Shown here: positions 51,301 to 60,881 of the stretch, one piece after another
How positions within the stretch are numbered: position 1 is the first letter of the stretch
How the letters are laid out: each line of letters begins with the position of its first letter
IMG/VR virus record: IMGVR_UViG_3300032245_001163
Source: a virus
Length of the DNA: 64,000 nucleotides
Direction: 5' to 3' (one strand)
Made by a program: the position numbers and the translations under genes
Notes under the pieces: model-generated
The model's input: only the letters and a program-made list of their open reading frames with translations
Told to the model about the DNA's origin: nothing
The model's database searches: none

Positions 51301-54300
51301 AATTGTGCAACCTACAGCAGTGTTCAATGCCAACGACTGGCTGGCCAGCGACTACACACAAATTGAATTGGGACTGTTGCCTAACCTGGCCAACAAAGCT
51401 GACCAATTACAAAACAGCTACAATATCAACACAGCCAATCTTGAAACAGACAACGATTTGTTGAGCTATGGATTGATTGGGTTCCGTCCTCGTCAATATA
51501 TGACATCACTGAACCTTGACGATGTTAGTCAGTTGAATGTGTATCGTCAATTCCTTGGCAGCAAAGGCACCATACTCAGTGCTGAACTATTTGCGCAGGC
51601 CAATCTTGGCAAGGAATCTGCTGACTACAGCATTTATGAAAATTGGGCAGTACAACGTGCAGTATACGGTGCCAACGCTAACCGTAGTTTCTTCCAGCTG
51701 CGATTGAATCGTGCCTTGTTGGATGCAAACCCTAGTTTGATCCAAATCATTAATCCTCAAGAAACCAGTCAAGCCGATCAAACTGTTCTAGTTTCAGATA
51801 TTTGGAAACAGAGCTATAATATTACTTCGCCTGATATATTACCTGTTACTACCACACTTCCAACAGACATTGCATTGCCCACAGCAGGTTATGTAAATCT
51901 TGACGACGTTGATATTACAGTGTTTGACATTGAAAACACTGACAGTCTAGCTGCAAACATCAATTCTATTGGAGTTGGTACAAATGTATGGGTGGCAAAA
52001 ATCAATGCCTATGATTGGGCTATTTACAGAACTCAATCAGTTCCAGGCACTATCAACCATGTGTGCGATAACTTGGATGGCACTAGTTTGGTTATATTCT
52101 CAGGCCAACACGGGCTTGCAGTCAATGACAAATTGATCATACGATTCTTTGATACAGAAGTAAATGGCGTATACACAGTGCTCAATATAGTGAGCCTAGA
52201 CACAATTACTGTGGCGTTTAGTTTCACAGGTGATCGCACAGTAGTCAATGGCACTGGGCTAGGGTTTACCTTGCAAACTCAACGTGTGGCTCAAGCCAGC
52301 GATGTATTGAATCTGCCTTATGCCAATACCATTGAACCAGGTGCCAAAGTCTGGGTAGACGACAACGGCAGTGGGCTATGGAGTGTGATACAAAAACAAG
52401 AAGTGTTCACTGAATTGTTGGGATTGAGTCCGTCAGAAGTTGACCAGGGCGAACAATTTGGTAGTTCTGTGGCACAAGCACAAAACAGATATGCTGCCTT
52501 GGTGGGCAGCCCACGATATCGATTCCCTGTGGGTGCTACACTGTGGAATATCGCCAACACTTACAATGAATTTTCAATCGTGTATGTCAGCGATCCTTTA
52601 CAAACAGAATTTTTCTATGCGCCAGCACCTGTACCGCAAGGCATTAGCATTTACAACACTGCGTACTGGACTCCATACCCATTAGCAAACTTGCCACGAC
52701 GTGGCGGTGTTTATGTGTATGTCAAGAGCGACAGCAACATATACACGCCAGTTAGTGCGTTGGCGCCTAACGATGCTGTGTTGAGTTTAGACGTATTGGA
52801 TGTCAGTGGTGGACCTTATGATGGAGAAACCGCAGCACGTAGCTACGGTACCTCAGTAGACTTCGGTAATCAAACTTGGGCCGTGGCTGGAGCTCCGGGC
52901 AGTTTAGGATCAACTGGCGCAGTTGACAATGGGTATGCTGTGGTAATTTACAAAGATCCACAATTGGCTGCACCAGGCAACATACCTTACGGACAGTGGC
53001 AGTTGCTGACTACCCCAGGCTCTACCAGTGCTGCAGAAGAATTTGGTTATAGTGTAGCAATCAGCCAGGATGAACGTTGGATGTACATTGGCGCACCAGG
53101 AGTTAATTCTGTGTATGCGTTTGGTCGTGTGGACTGGGAGTTGCAGAATCTCAAAGCAGTGGGCGATGGACAAACCACTGATTACTTCATCGGCGATGTG
53201 ATCAAAATTGACGCAAACACTCAACTCACAGTCAGTGTGGATGGTGATGAACAAATTTTAGGAACAGACTATGTTGTAGTCAATTCGTTGACCATGGTGG
53301 TGTTTACCACACCTCCTGAAGAAGGCAATGCCATTGAGATTATCAGAACCAGTCGCAAAATTCTTGACTATCAAGCCACATACAATCTGCAACAATCTGC
53401 AACATCAGCTGCGGGCACAGGTGCAAAATTCACAGTGGTGCTTCAACGCAATGAAGTTGGACAACCAGCTGCTGGCAAAGGTCTAGTATCAGTTACAACA
53501 GGCGGTGCAAATTACGCAGTGTCTGACACTATAACTTTAAATGCTGCCAGTTTTGGTGGTGCACTGGCCAATGGCAATATTACTCTTACAGTAACCAGCA
53601 TTGGCGCAGGTGGGGCAGTCACTGGATTTTCTACTGCTTATTCTCCAACAGTGTTGGTCAGCACATTCTCATTGAACGAATATTTGTTCAGCGCCGACAA
53701 CATTTACAGTTTCACTTTGTTGGTAGATGGAGTAATACAACGTCCCAACATTGATTATACATTCAACAATATCACTGGTGATGTAACATTTGCGGCAGCA
53801 TCTAATCCTCCTGCTGGCGCCAGCATTCTTGTACGTGCTGAAGGATATTTTGAATATTCAAGCACAATCACATACTCTGGATCACAGGCAGGTGATAGAT
53901 TTGGACACACTGTTAGTACCAGTACTGATGGTCGACAAGTGTTGATTGGCGCACCATACACCACAGAATCCAGCCAGTCAGAAGCTGGCACAGTATACGT
54001 GTTTGATCGTGATGTACAAAGATTTATCTACGGTACTGAAGGGTCAACCGTGGCATTCACAGTGCTGGGATCTGTAGTAGAACCAGTTAGTGTGTTGGTC
54101 AATGATACTTTCTTTGTAAATGAATTGAGTGCAGCGCCTGACCAAACTGACACATTCTCTGTAAGCGGCAATACCATTACCATTCTTGGGGATTTGCAAG
54201 TAGGTGATATCATTGAAATTGAAACCAATGGTTTCCAATTTGTTCAATCTGTTACACAAAACACAGTAGAAGAGTTTTCTAACTTTGGATATGCCACAGA

Positions 54301-57300
54301 TTTGTGCAGTTATAATTGCAGTTTGTATGTTGGAGCACCAAACAGCAGTTTGCAACAATTAAAAGGCGGTGTGGTTGAACGTCATATCAATCAAAGTCGC
54401 GCATACGGCATCACCACTGCCACAGTTGCCAATCCCAACTTAGACAGTGGCGATACCATTAGAATCAACAATCAAGATGTGGTAGTTCCGAATGCCTGGA
54501 GCAATGCTTCATCTTATGCTGCAAATACCATTGTATACAACTACAGTGCTGCTACTACCATTACCACAATATATTTGAGTTTGCAAAGTGTTCCTGCAGG
54601 AACAGCATTGTCCAACACTTCTTATTGGAAAACAATTACATCGACCACTGTTGCTGCCAGTGTAGACGTCCGGGCATTGGCTGCACAAATCAATGTAGAT
54701 GTGCCCAATGTTCAGGCCACTGTAGATGCAGACGGGTATTTGACTGTAGCCGTAAAAAATTCTGCAGCAGCAGCAGTAGGCAATAAACTAAACGTTGCGC
54801 CAGGATCTGTTGGTACTGCTTTTGCTGATCTTGGGTTTGAAACTTATGTGTTTACTCAAACAATCAAGAGCCCATACCCTGCAGACTACGCAGGATTTGG
54901 CAGCAGTTTAAGCATTGAAGACAGTGCTATTAATCTAGTGGTAGGTGCTCCTCGTGGTACGTTGTACTTGATCACAATCTTTGATCTCAACAATACAGTG
55001 TTTGATGAAGATGCCACAGACTTCTACGATCAAACTGTACAGAGCGGTGCAGTTTATACCTATGATTTGTTGGCCAGCGCCAGCCCATCTGTTAGCAGCC
55101 CAGACAAATTTGTGTTTGGTCAACAGATTGACAATCCCGATGTGGTATCATATGATCAATATGGCACAGCAGTAAACTACACTGATGGAGTGTTGTTCAC
55201 CGGCGCACCAGGCAATGAATTTGAAGACAGCACTCTTACTGCAAATTATGGACGAGTGTTTGTCAGTGTCAATGAAAATCGTGTGCCTTCGTGGACAGTA
55301 TTGCGTGAACAAAAACCTGTGGTAGATGTAAGATTGTTGAACTCTGTTTACTCTTATGACAGACTCACATCAGCTACCACACAGTATTACGACTTCTTTA
55401 ATCCATTACAAGGTAAAATTCTTGGCGCAGCCAGACAAAACTTAGATTACATTGGTGCAGTGGACCCTGCCAGCTATAACGTTGGTCCCACAGGTGTACG
55501 TGGCACCACATGGGGACAAAGTCGTGTGGGCGAAACTTGGTGGGATACCAGCACAGTGAGATTCATTGACCCCAACCAAGATGACATTGTGTACGCCAGC
55601 CGTCGTTGGGGACAAGTGTTTCCGGGTAGCACAGTAGATGTTTATCAGTGGATTGTGAGCACAACACCTCCTGCAGATTACACAGGCGAAGGTGTTCCCT
55701 TAAACATCACTAATTATGTGGTGAACACTGTATTGAGTGCTGATGGTATTTTTAACACTGAATATTATTTCTGGGTGCGTGGCATAACTGCTACTGCCAC
55801 ACAAAAAGGCAAAACATTGCCAGTGAGCACAGTAGCCAACTATATTGAAAATCCCAGAGCATCGGGTATAACTTATCTTGCACCCATTGATGCCAGCACC
55901 GTTGCACTGTACAATGCTGGTGATTACATCAATGCACAAGACACTATCATCAGCATTGAGTTTGACAAAGAACTCACCGAAGACAATGTTCACGTTGAAT
56001 ACGAACTAGTAGCACAAGACCGTGAAGATGCATTTATCAGTAAAAACTTATACCGCAAAATGCAAGACAGTTTTTGTGGAGTTGATACCAACGGTAGTTT
56101 AGTACCTGACATCAATCTTGGCGTAGCAGAGCGATATGGTGTGCAGTTCCGTCCACGCCAGAGCATGTTTGTGGATAGATTTGCAGCATTAAGAAACTAT
56201 CTAACTCGTGCCAACTCAGTGCTGGCAAGATATCCTATTGCGGAAAGCCGTCAGTTTGTATTGTTGAACAGCAGCGAACCTGAGCCACCAGCAGGGTCAG
56301 GTGCATGGAACAAACGTGTAGAAAACTTAGAGATATTAGAGTTCCAGAATATCTATACTGTATCTTTGGGCTACAAATATCTAGTAGTCAGCGATTCCAG
56401 CAATCGAGGACTATGGACAATTTACACAGTTGAAGAAAGAGAAACCACCAGTGGTACCATAAGAGTATTGCAGTTGACTCAAGTGCAAAATTATGACACC
56501 ACACAATATTGGAGTTATATCAACTGGTATTTGCCCGGGTACAACAGCAGCAGTAAAATCATTGCCGAAGTTCCAAATGTAGCTGGATTGGATACCTTGA
56601 ATGTTGCGGTTGGCAGTAGCGTAAAAGTCACAGCCAACAGCCTAGGTAAATTTGAAATTTATCTGCGTGGTGCCACAGGATTTGAACGTGTGGGACTAGA
56701 AGATGGTACCATTGAATTTTCTGCGCAACTGTGGGATTATCAATTGGGACGTTTTGGATTCGACGTTGAAGTCTTTGATGCACAATACTACGATCAAGAA
56801 CCAGTGATCGAAACACGCAAGATCATACAGGCCATCAATGAAGAGTTGTTCATCGATGACTTGGCAATTGAACGCAATCGTCAATTAACATCAATGTTTA
56901 ACTTTGTACTCAGCGAATTCGCGGCTCCTGAATGGTTGATTAAAACTTCCTTGATTGATGTAGAACACAGAATTCGTAGTTTGACAAAGTTCCAGAACTA
57001 CAGTCGCGACAACCAAGAGTTTGTGCTTGATTACATTCAGGAAGTCAAACCTTATCATGTTCAAGTTCGGGAATTTAATCTTCGATACAACGGTTTTGAT
57101 CAGTGGTTTGGGGATATGACTGACTTTGATTTGCCAGCATATTACAATACCACTTTGCAGGTTCCTCAATTTACCAGTCCTATTTTACTACCGTACGCTC
57201 ACAGTACTTCGTTTAATTCTGAAACAAACAACCTCAGCGACTTGCCATCTAATTCCACTGTGTGGAGCTCTTGGCCATACAGTCAATGGTACGGCAATTA

Positions 57301-60300
57301 CTTGTTGAGACTGGATTCTGTTGAACTGATCGAAACAGGATCAGGCTACACTGAGCCGCCTGTAGTAGAAATTACTCCTAACCCCAATGACCCTGCACCA
57401 GAAGTTCTTGCGCAGGCCGTTGCAGTGTTAAACAGCATAGGCCAAGTAGTGGGTGTAAGTGTCACTGTCAGTGGCTCAGGATATCGCTCTACTCCAACAG
57501 TTACATTCATTGGCGGCAATGGATCTGGCGCAGTGGCGTATCCACGCATGACCAACGATGTTATACGCCAATTCCGCACTACCATTAGGTATGATAGATT
57601 CCAGTATCAAACTAGCATTTTAACTTGGAGCAGCGAAGGCACTTACGAAAATGGCACATTGGTACGATACAACAACCGTGTGTGGTCAGCACAAAATGCT
57701 GACGGAAGTTCAGCAGTGGTAGGGCCAACATTTGATTTAGAAAATTGGCAATTGGTTGATGCAGCCACATACACTTATCCTGGCACCACAGTGGCCACCG
57801 GTCTAACCGGTGTTGACCGTACCATGGGCTTGTATGTGCCTGGAGCCAACGAATTTGGATTAGAATTACCATTACTGGTTGATGGTGTTGATTACCCTGG
57901 TGTGCAAGTTTGGGGCGATTATTTTACTGGCACACAGACACTAGATGCCAACTATCAAAGCGAATTTGCTGACATATATCTTGGTGAACGATTCTCAGAT
58001 ATCAATGTTGATGGCGGTGAATTCATTGGTCCATACGAAGGTCATGCGCCTGAAGAACTGGTCAATGGTAGCGAATACGACACACTGGACATGCGCATTT
58101 ATACTCGCCCAGGTGCAGATTGGCAAAATGACGGACATGGATTCCAAATTGGCACAATTCGTTATACATTTGAGCCAGGTATCTCTCTTACCTACAGTTG
58201 GGCAAACATTGTTGAACACCCATTTAATATAGTTGTGTCTAACTTGTCCACTGGACGAGTGTTGGCCAGAGATATTGATTATTCTGTTAATTGGGTAAAC
58301 AACACAATTACCATTGACAACAACGTCGATTCAGGCAACATCATCAGTATAGATGTTTATGAAATTGGTGGCGGAAGTCAGCTGTTCAAAGGCAACTACG
58401 TTGGCGCAGATGTAATTGCAGACAACAATGCAATAATTGTTCCAGTTGGGTACAAAGAAATTGTGGGCGTCTATGTGTTTGTAAATGGGGAATTGGTAGC
58501 TATCCCAGAACTCGAAGCATACACAGACAGCCAAGTTTATGATGTAAATGACACATATCAAGCAATTGATATAGTATTCAACGACAATCAACTAGCAGTG
58601 ACCAATACAATAAGTGGGTATAACTTAATCACTTGTAATAGCACCAGTGCATTGACCATTGGTCAACCAATAGTGTTTTCTGGCACAGTATTTGGAGGAA
58701 TTGTTGCAAACCAAGAATACTATGTACAAAGTATTCTCAATGGAACACAATTCTATATAACAGCAGTGGCAGGATCTGCCACAGTGGTGTCGTTGACCAC
58801 AGCATCTGGACTGATGACTGGATCACCCAAAGGCACATATTATCGTGCTGTGCAAACAGTGCCTCCGGGTGCTTTGTTAACCGACACTACTTATTGGTTG
58901 CCATTTGTTCCTTCTGTTCGCAGCAAGATCACAATTACTGCTAATATCACAGCAACCGATGAAATTGCAGTGTTGATTCTTGGAAATGCAACCAGTATCA
59001 CAGTAACTGACACACAGGCACTGGGAAATGCCATTGTGTTGTTGGGTTCAACTGCATCATTGAGTGTGGGACAAACTGTTACTTTCTCAGGTTATAGCTT
59101 GGGCGGCGTGCTGACCGGAACCACTTACCAGATACTCAGCATCATTGACGATTCAATGAGTGCTATTACTATTACCGAAGATGGAACCACAGAAGTTTCC
59201 TTGATCGACGATGAAGCAACTTGGGCTGGTGAATTAGTGGCAAAATTTGTGCCTACAAATTATCAAAGTTGGAGCACTCCAGTCATTGAAACATTTGTTG
59301 TAGATCAAGACATCATTGACAATAGCGCAGTAGAAATAGAAAATGCACCCACTTTCAGCAATGCAGCCAACATGATTGTCATGGTCAATGGGTATAGAAT
59401 ACTTGGTCCAAGTTGTATAGAATGGATTGGTGATGGTACCACTGCTAGTTTTGGGTTGCCTCAGCGCATGGGCACCAGTTTCTCACAATCTATCATTGAT
59501 GCTGTCAATGATATTCAAGTCTACGTAGACGGTGTGCTACAAAAACAATCATTTGGTGCTGAAACCGGTGTATACAGTGTTACAAACTGGGATGGTAGTA
59601 ATACTCCTGGTCGACAAGTTGTGTTTGATTCAGTCCCAGCTGATGGCACAGTTATTGTAATTGCAGTGAGCACCATTGCTGATTGCGAGTTTGCATACAA
59701 TCCTGCTCAACCAGGATTCACATCTACTTTGCAAATCTCCAGCACACTCAATCTAGGAGACATTGTACAAGTTATTACTTGGAATGACACACAACAACAA
59801 AATGCATTGACATTGACATTTGCTGGGCCAGTGCAGACAGGTACCACCACTTATCAAGCATACGATACCACAGACTATGACAGTCCCACACTGAACGATC
59901 CAACTCAACCATTACCTGGAGAGTTTGCCTATGAAGTTGGCACATCAAACCCTGTAAATGACTTTGATCTGTTGCGCACCAACATTGATGCCAGCAGACT
60001 ATGGGTTACATTAGATGGCTACAGATTGTTTGAAGGCAGTGATTACACTATCCAAGGACAATACTTGATACTGGCACAAGGTGCTATTGGTGCAGCCCAA
60101 GAATTAATCGTTACTGAATTTACTAATTCTATTGTACCTGAAGCTGTGGCATTCCGTATATTCCAAGACATGCGAGGAGTACAAGCCACTTACAGAATGA
60201 CCTTGGCCACAACTACACAAGTGGCACAGCCTGTCAGCGCCACAGCTGATATCATTTATGTGGAAAATGCAGCAGCACTAAGCGAACCAGATTTACCTGC

Positions 60301-60862
60301 TGGGGTGTTTGGTTTGATAACCATTAACGGTGAACGTATCATGTATCGATATCGTGATTTGGTTGCAAACAGTGTTTCAGGATTACAACGAGGAACAGCT
60401 GGAACAGCAACAGCCAGCCACAACGTGGGTGCAGATGTATATGACATCGGACGAGGCAACTTGTTGAATGTTCAGTACCAAGACTATGTGGTAAAAGACA
60501 CTGGCATGGGCGACGGAACAACCGCAGTATTCTATGCACCCAGCATTGACATTGCTGATTTTGGAGATTCTAGCACAGTTTATGTGGAAAGTATCGAAGT
60601 GTATGTTGGCGGAATCCGTCAGTACAACTACAGCGACACAGGGGCAACCAGCGAATACCGCTACATTGTATCACTGTTTGACCCACTGGCCATTGAGTTC
60701 ATAGTTGATGACACATACGCTGCACCAGCTGCTGGCAGCGAAGTAACCATACTGCAACGCCGTGGCAAAAGTTGGTATGAACCCGGTGATGGCAATCCCA
60801 GCAATGGAATCGCCTTGCAAGAAACCAATACAATAGCCGCAAGGTTTTTGTGTGACAGATAA
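45341..60862 (+). CDS. Giant mosaic baseplate/adhesion protein (5173 aa, gp7-like position)
   Basis: Follows gp6. N-terminal FLPEIFRT..NKQFL and internal YIQEVKPYH wedge-type motifs, seven FG-GAP-like blades, and CBM5/12-like repeats. Confidence 0.75.
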   Translation: MARTRSVDFLPEIFRTPVNKQFLAATLDQMVQEPKFKKTQGFIGRTVGPGVNPNDSYVVEPDKIRQEYQLEPGVISLEPDTQNIKNVITYPGMNDAIGFQGGDQTRADQLYNSEYYTWDPFVDYDAFINFSQYFWLPSGPETVDVASIGIPTNDNFVVNRENGVYTFSGLSGNNPTIDLVRGGSYTFQVAQNAKETVNYRVTNNGTTAYLIDFQNNPTLTLARGNTYVFNITLNGVYPFWIKTALSLGTGDAYNSGVLRNGSSFGLVTFTVPQDAPDTLYYVSENQTNLRGTINVIDGTPGTGPGFWIQTSPGVAGVVPTTPNLSNRDVYGVTNNGEDLGIVTFDVPQKTAQEFYYNLTDVGPIDLLTELKFNQINNQPLEQFITTYGGIDGTTYLDGRTLVFTNTIADAEDGGWVETTFYDPLPRLDSFNGAVGSYDSINFDQSTEVPLADRYQIWQIAIVNRNGIDYISLSKIANVDINQKFTISYGNTYSNTSWYKMPNGYFQRIPLLTALFNELYYQDGTDPEIFGKIRLLDQTETNTIFIDQIIGQKNYTSPNGVAFTNGLKVRFTGDVLPVSYSSGTTTLTCTATQAGSNYITCGSTAGLYEGEEIVFSGTTAGGIIAGQSYYIKSIASNGIQFSIATVADGATFELSTATVAGFTAVAIANNEYYVAGVGTAIELLPVRNFITPETYVVDARDSTIASEPGEVDYLTIDRASKDLNAWTRSNRWFHVDVIQASAAYNGNVATLDNNYRAKRPIINFRPNIRLYNMGTEGKQPVDIIDFSETDALSNIEGSTGYSVDGYTFVNGTRVIFAADADPEVRDKIYIVQFITPDSVEPLITQPIINLVLASDGVVLLDQSVVCLEGTTQKGVSFWYNGVEWTEAQQKTGVQQAPLFNVYDLAGISFGDRAKYPSSTFIGSKLFSYAVGDTGILDPILQFPLQYLNINNVGDIVFENNLYKDTFLYVQDNVSITSDISSGVAREYVDRTVFGKLIGWQTAAATSQQYQQFKFTYTGQTLKVDVAVGTNTVLPPIKIYVSSDFLMPDEYSYIVGTNSTTITLLNTYLPTDIIEVLVLSDQTSATAFYQVPINLQNNPLNTNSPSFTLGTIRTHYESICENLLTLSGPVNGANNTRDLGNLVPYGATILQQSSPLTLAGYFLRSEKYNIFSSLQYNSNEYLKFKGQMLNTAIQQVVQYQTAGEILDIAMADITLGRVESQPFYWSDMIPAGAVYQTTTYTISNTTNDTFDTINVYNYTSANYLGLNVYLNGTILTRSVDYVVATDGPRIVVLATLTLGDILTLKEYSATYGSFVPNTPTKLGLYPAFRPEIITQKTSAGTQTVIVGHDGSITRTFGDIRDDVLLEFETRIFNNLKLDGNPVPISIAEVLPGQFRTTGYSIDDVNNILATDFLSYVAWNKLDYKTQDYVAANEFSWNYSGSQSKLDNEPLPGAWRGIYRYYYDTQQPEETPWEMLGFSIRPDWWDLVYGPGPYTQDNLVLWDDLEAGYVADPVAPYYLPEYARPGLTKVIPTGTEGELLSPFDSVVGTYNDSTFRKSWSVGDGGPVEASWWNSSAYPFAVMRLLALTRPAKFFALFADRDLYKFDTDLNQYLYNNRYRLNANDLEIYGNGVSKASYIDWIVDFNRQSGVDSTADLTADLGALDVRLCYRMASFSDKQYIKIYTEKSSPNSTNTTFLIPDESYDLVLYKNQPFDRASYSAVVIQKVAGGYAVFGYSTSQPYFNIIQSQYAGRLQTYSAGGITVQVPTFYSNTITQIPYGYIFASETAVSDFLLSYGQYLERQGLVFDNRVNGYELNWGQMVNEFLYWSQQGWDENALINLNPLAFRLSISREQAVVDSIAAQTSDNILLDQNRKELPTRNLVITRLDNTFTAEPATDQTLSYIDLKYTAYEHMIVLNNASVFGDLIYQPVTGARQSRLNLIAVTTTEWNGSVDAQGFILNQDNIEEWNSYTTYTKGQIVKYKGAYWSAAKIVQPTAVFNANDWLASDYTQIELGLLPNLANKADQLQNSYNINTANLETDNDLLSYGLIGFRPRQYMTSLNLDDVSQLNVYRQFLGSKGTILSAELFAQANLGKESADYSIYENWAVQRAVYGANANRSFFQLRLNRALLDANPSLIQIINPQETSQADQTVLVSDIWKQSYNITSPDILPVTTTLPTDIALPTAGYVNLDDVDITVFDIENTDSLAANINSIGVGTNVWVAKINAYDWAIYRTQSVPGTINHVCDNLDGTSLVIFSGQHGLAVNDKLIIRFFDTEVNGVYTVLNIVSLDTITVAFSFTGDRTVVNGTGLGFTLQTQRVAQASDVLNLPYANTIEPGAKVWVDDNGSGLWSVIQKQEVFTELLGLSPSEVDQGEQFGSSVAQAQNRYAALVGSPRYRFPVGATLWNIANTYNEFSIVYVSDPLQTEFFYAPAPVPQGISIYNTAYWTPYPLANLPRRGGVYVYVKSDSNIYTPVSALAPNDAVLSLDVLDVSGGPYDGETAARSYGTSVDFGNQTWAVAGAPGSLGSTGAVDNGYAVVIYKDPQLAAPGNIPYGQWQLLTTPGSTSAAEEFGYSVAISQDERWMYIGAPGVNSVYAFGRVDWELQNLKAVGDGQTTDYFIGDVIKIDANTQLTVSVDGDEQILGTDYVVVNSLTMVVFTTPPEEGNAIEIIRTSRKILDYQATYNLQQSATSAAGTGAKFTVVLQRNEVGQPAAGKGLVSVTTGGANYAVSDTITLNAASFGGALANGNITLTVTSIGAGGAVTGFSTAYSPTVLVSTFSLNEYLFSADNIYSFTLLVDGVIQRPNIDYTFNNITGDVTFAAASNPPAGASILVRAEGYFEYSSTITYSGSQAGDRFGHTVSTSTDGRQVLIGAPYTTESSQSEAGTVYVFDRDVQRFIYGTEGSTVAFTVLGSVVEPVSVLVNDTFFVNELSAAPDQTDTFSVSGNTITILGDLQVGDIIEIETNGFQFVQSVTQNTVEEFSNFGYATDLCSYNCSLYVGAPNSSLQQLKGGVVERHINQSRAYGITTATVANPNLDSGDTIRINNQDVVVPNAWSNASSYAANTIVYNYSAATTITTIYLSLQSVPAGTALSNTSYWKTITSTTVAASVDVRALAAQINVDVPNVQATVDADGYLTVAVKNSAAAAVGNKLNVAPGSVGTAFADLGFETYVFTQTIKSPYPADYAGFGSSLSIEDSAINLVVGAPRGTLYLITIFDLNNTVFDEDATDFYDQTVQSGAVYTYDLLASASPSVSSPDKFVFGQQIDNPDVVSYDQYGTAVNYTDGVLFTGAPGNEFEDSTLTANYGRVFVSVNENRVPSWTVLREQKPVVDVRLLNSVYSYDRLTSATTQYYDFFNPLQGKILGAARQNLDYIGAVDPASYNVGPTGVRGTTWGQSRVGETWWDTSTVRFIDPNQDDIVYASRRWGQVFPGSTVDVYQWIVSTTPPADYTGEGVPLNITNYVVNTVLSADGIFNTEYYFWVRGITATATQKGKTLPVSTVANYIENPRASGITYLAPIDASTVALYNAGDYINAQDTIISIEFDKELTEDNVHVEYELVAQDREDAFISKNLYRKMQDSFCGVDTNGSLVPDINLGVAERYGVQFRPRQSMFVDRFAALRNYLTRANSVLARYPIAESRQFVLLNSSEPEPPAGSGAWNKRVENLEILEFQNIYTVSLGYKYLVVSDSSNRGLWTIYTVEERETTSGTIRVLQLTQVQNYDTTQYWSYINWYLPGYNSSSKIIAEVPNVAGLDTLNVAVGSSVKVTANSLGKFEIYLRGATGFERVGLEDGTIEFSAQLWDYQLGRFGFDVEVFDAQYYDQEPVIETRKIIQAINEELFIDDLAIERNRQLTSMFNFVLSEFAAPEWLIKTSLIDVEHRIRSLTKFQNYSRDNQEFVLDYIQEVKPYHVQVREFNLRYNGFDQWFGDMTDFDLPAYYNTTLQVPQFTSPILLPYAHSTSFNSETNNLSDLPSNSTVWSSWPYSQWYGNYLLRLDSVELIETGSGYTEPPVVEITPNPNDPAPEVLAQAVAVLNSIGQVVGVSVTVSGSGYRSTPTVTFIGGNGSGAVAYPRMTNDVIRQFRTTIRYDRFQYQTSILTWSSEGTYENGTLVRYNNRVWSAQNADGSSAVVGPTFDLENWQLVDAATYTYPGTTVATGLTGVDRTMGLYVPGANEFGLELPLLVDGVDYPGVQVWGDYFTGTQTLDANYQSEFADIYLGERFSDINVDGGEFIGPYEGHAPEELVNGSEYDTLDMRIYTRPGADWQNDGHGFQIGTIRYTFEPGISLTYSWANIVEHPFNIVVSNLSTGRVLARDIDYSVNWVNNTITIDNNVDSGNIISIDVYEIGGGSQLFKGNYVGADVIADNNAIIVPVGYKEIVGVYVFVNGELVAIPELEAYTDSQVYDVNDTYQAIDIVFNDNQLAVTNTISGYNLITCNSTSALTIGQPIVFSGTVFGGIVANQEYYVQSILNGTQFYITAVAGSATVVSLTTASGLMTGSPKGTYYRAVQTVPPGALLTDTTYWLPFVPSVRSKITITANITATDEIAVLILGNATSITVTDTQALGNAIVLLGSTASLSVGQTVTFSGYSLGGVLTGTTYQILSIIDDSMSAITITEDGTTEVSLIDDEATWAGELVAKFVPTNYQSWSTPVIETFVVDQDIIDNSAVEIENAPTFSNAANMIVMVNGYRILGPSCIEWIGDGTTASFGLPQRMGTSFSQSIIDAVNDIQVYVDGVLQKQSFGAETGVYSVTNWDGSNTPGRQVVFDSVPADGTVIVIAVSTIADCEFAYNPAQPGFTSTLQISSTLNLGDIVQVITWNDTQQQNALTLTFAGPVQTGTTTYQAYDTTDYDSPTLNDPTQPLPGEFAYEVGTSNPVNDFDLLRTNIDASRLWVTLDGYRLFEGSDYTIQGQYLILAQGAIGAAQELIVTEFTNSIVPEAVAFRIFQDMRGVQATYRMTLATTTQVAQPVSATADIIYVENAAALSEPDLPAGVFGLITINGERIMYRYRDLVANSVSGLQRGTAGTATASHNVGADVYDIGRGNLLNVQYQDYVVKDTGMGDGTTAVFYAPSIDIADFGDSSTVYVESIEVYVGGIRQYNYSDTGATSEYRYIVSLFDPLAIEFIVDDTYAAPAAGSEVTILQRRGKSWYEPGDGNPSNGIALQETNTIAARFLCDR

Positions 60863-60866
60863 CGCA

Positions 60867-60874
60867 GATAAATA
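60867..60874 (+). promoter_or_regulatory. Putative late promoter GATAAATA
   Basis: Intergenic, 7 nt before ATG 60882. Confidence 0.5.
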
Positions 60875-60881
60875 AAAGACC

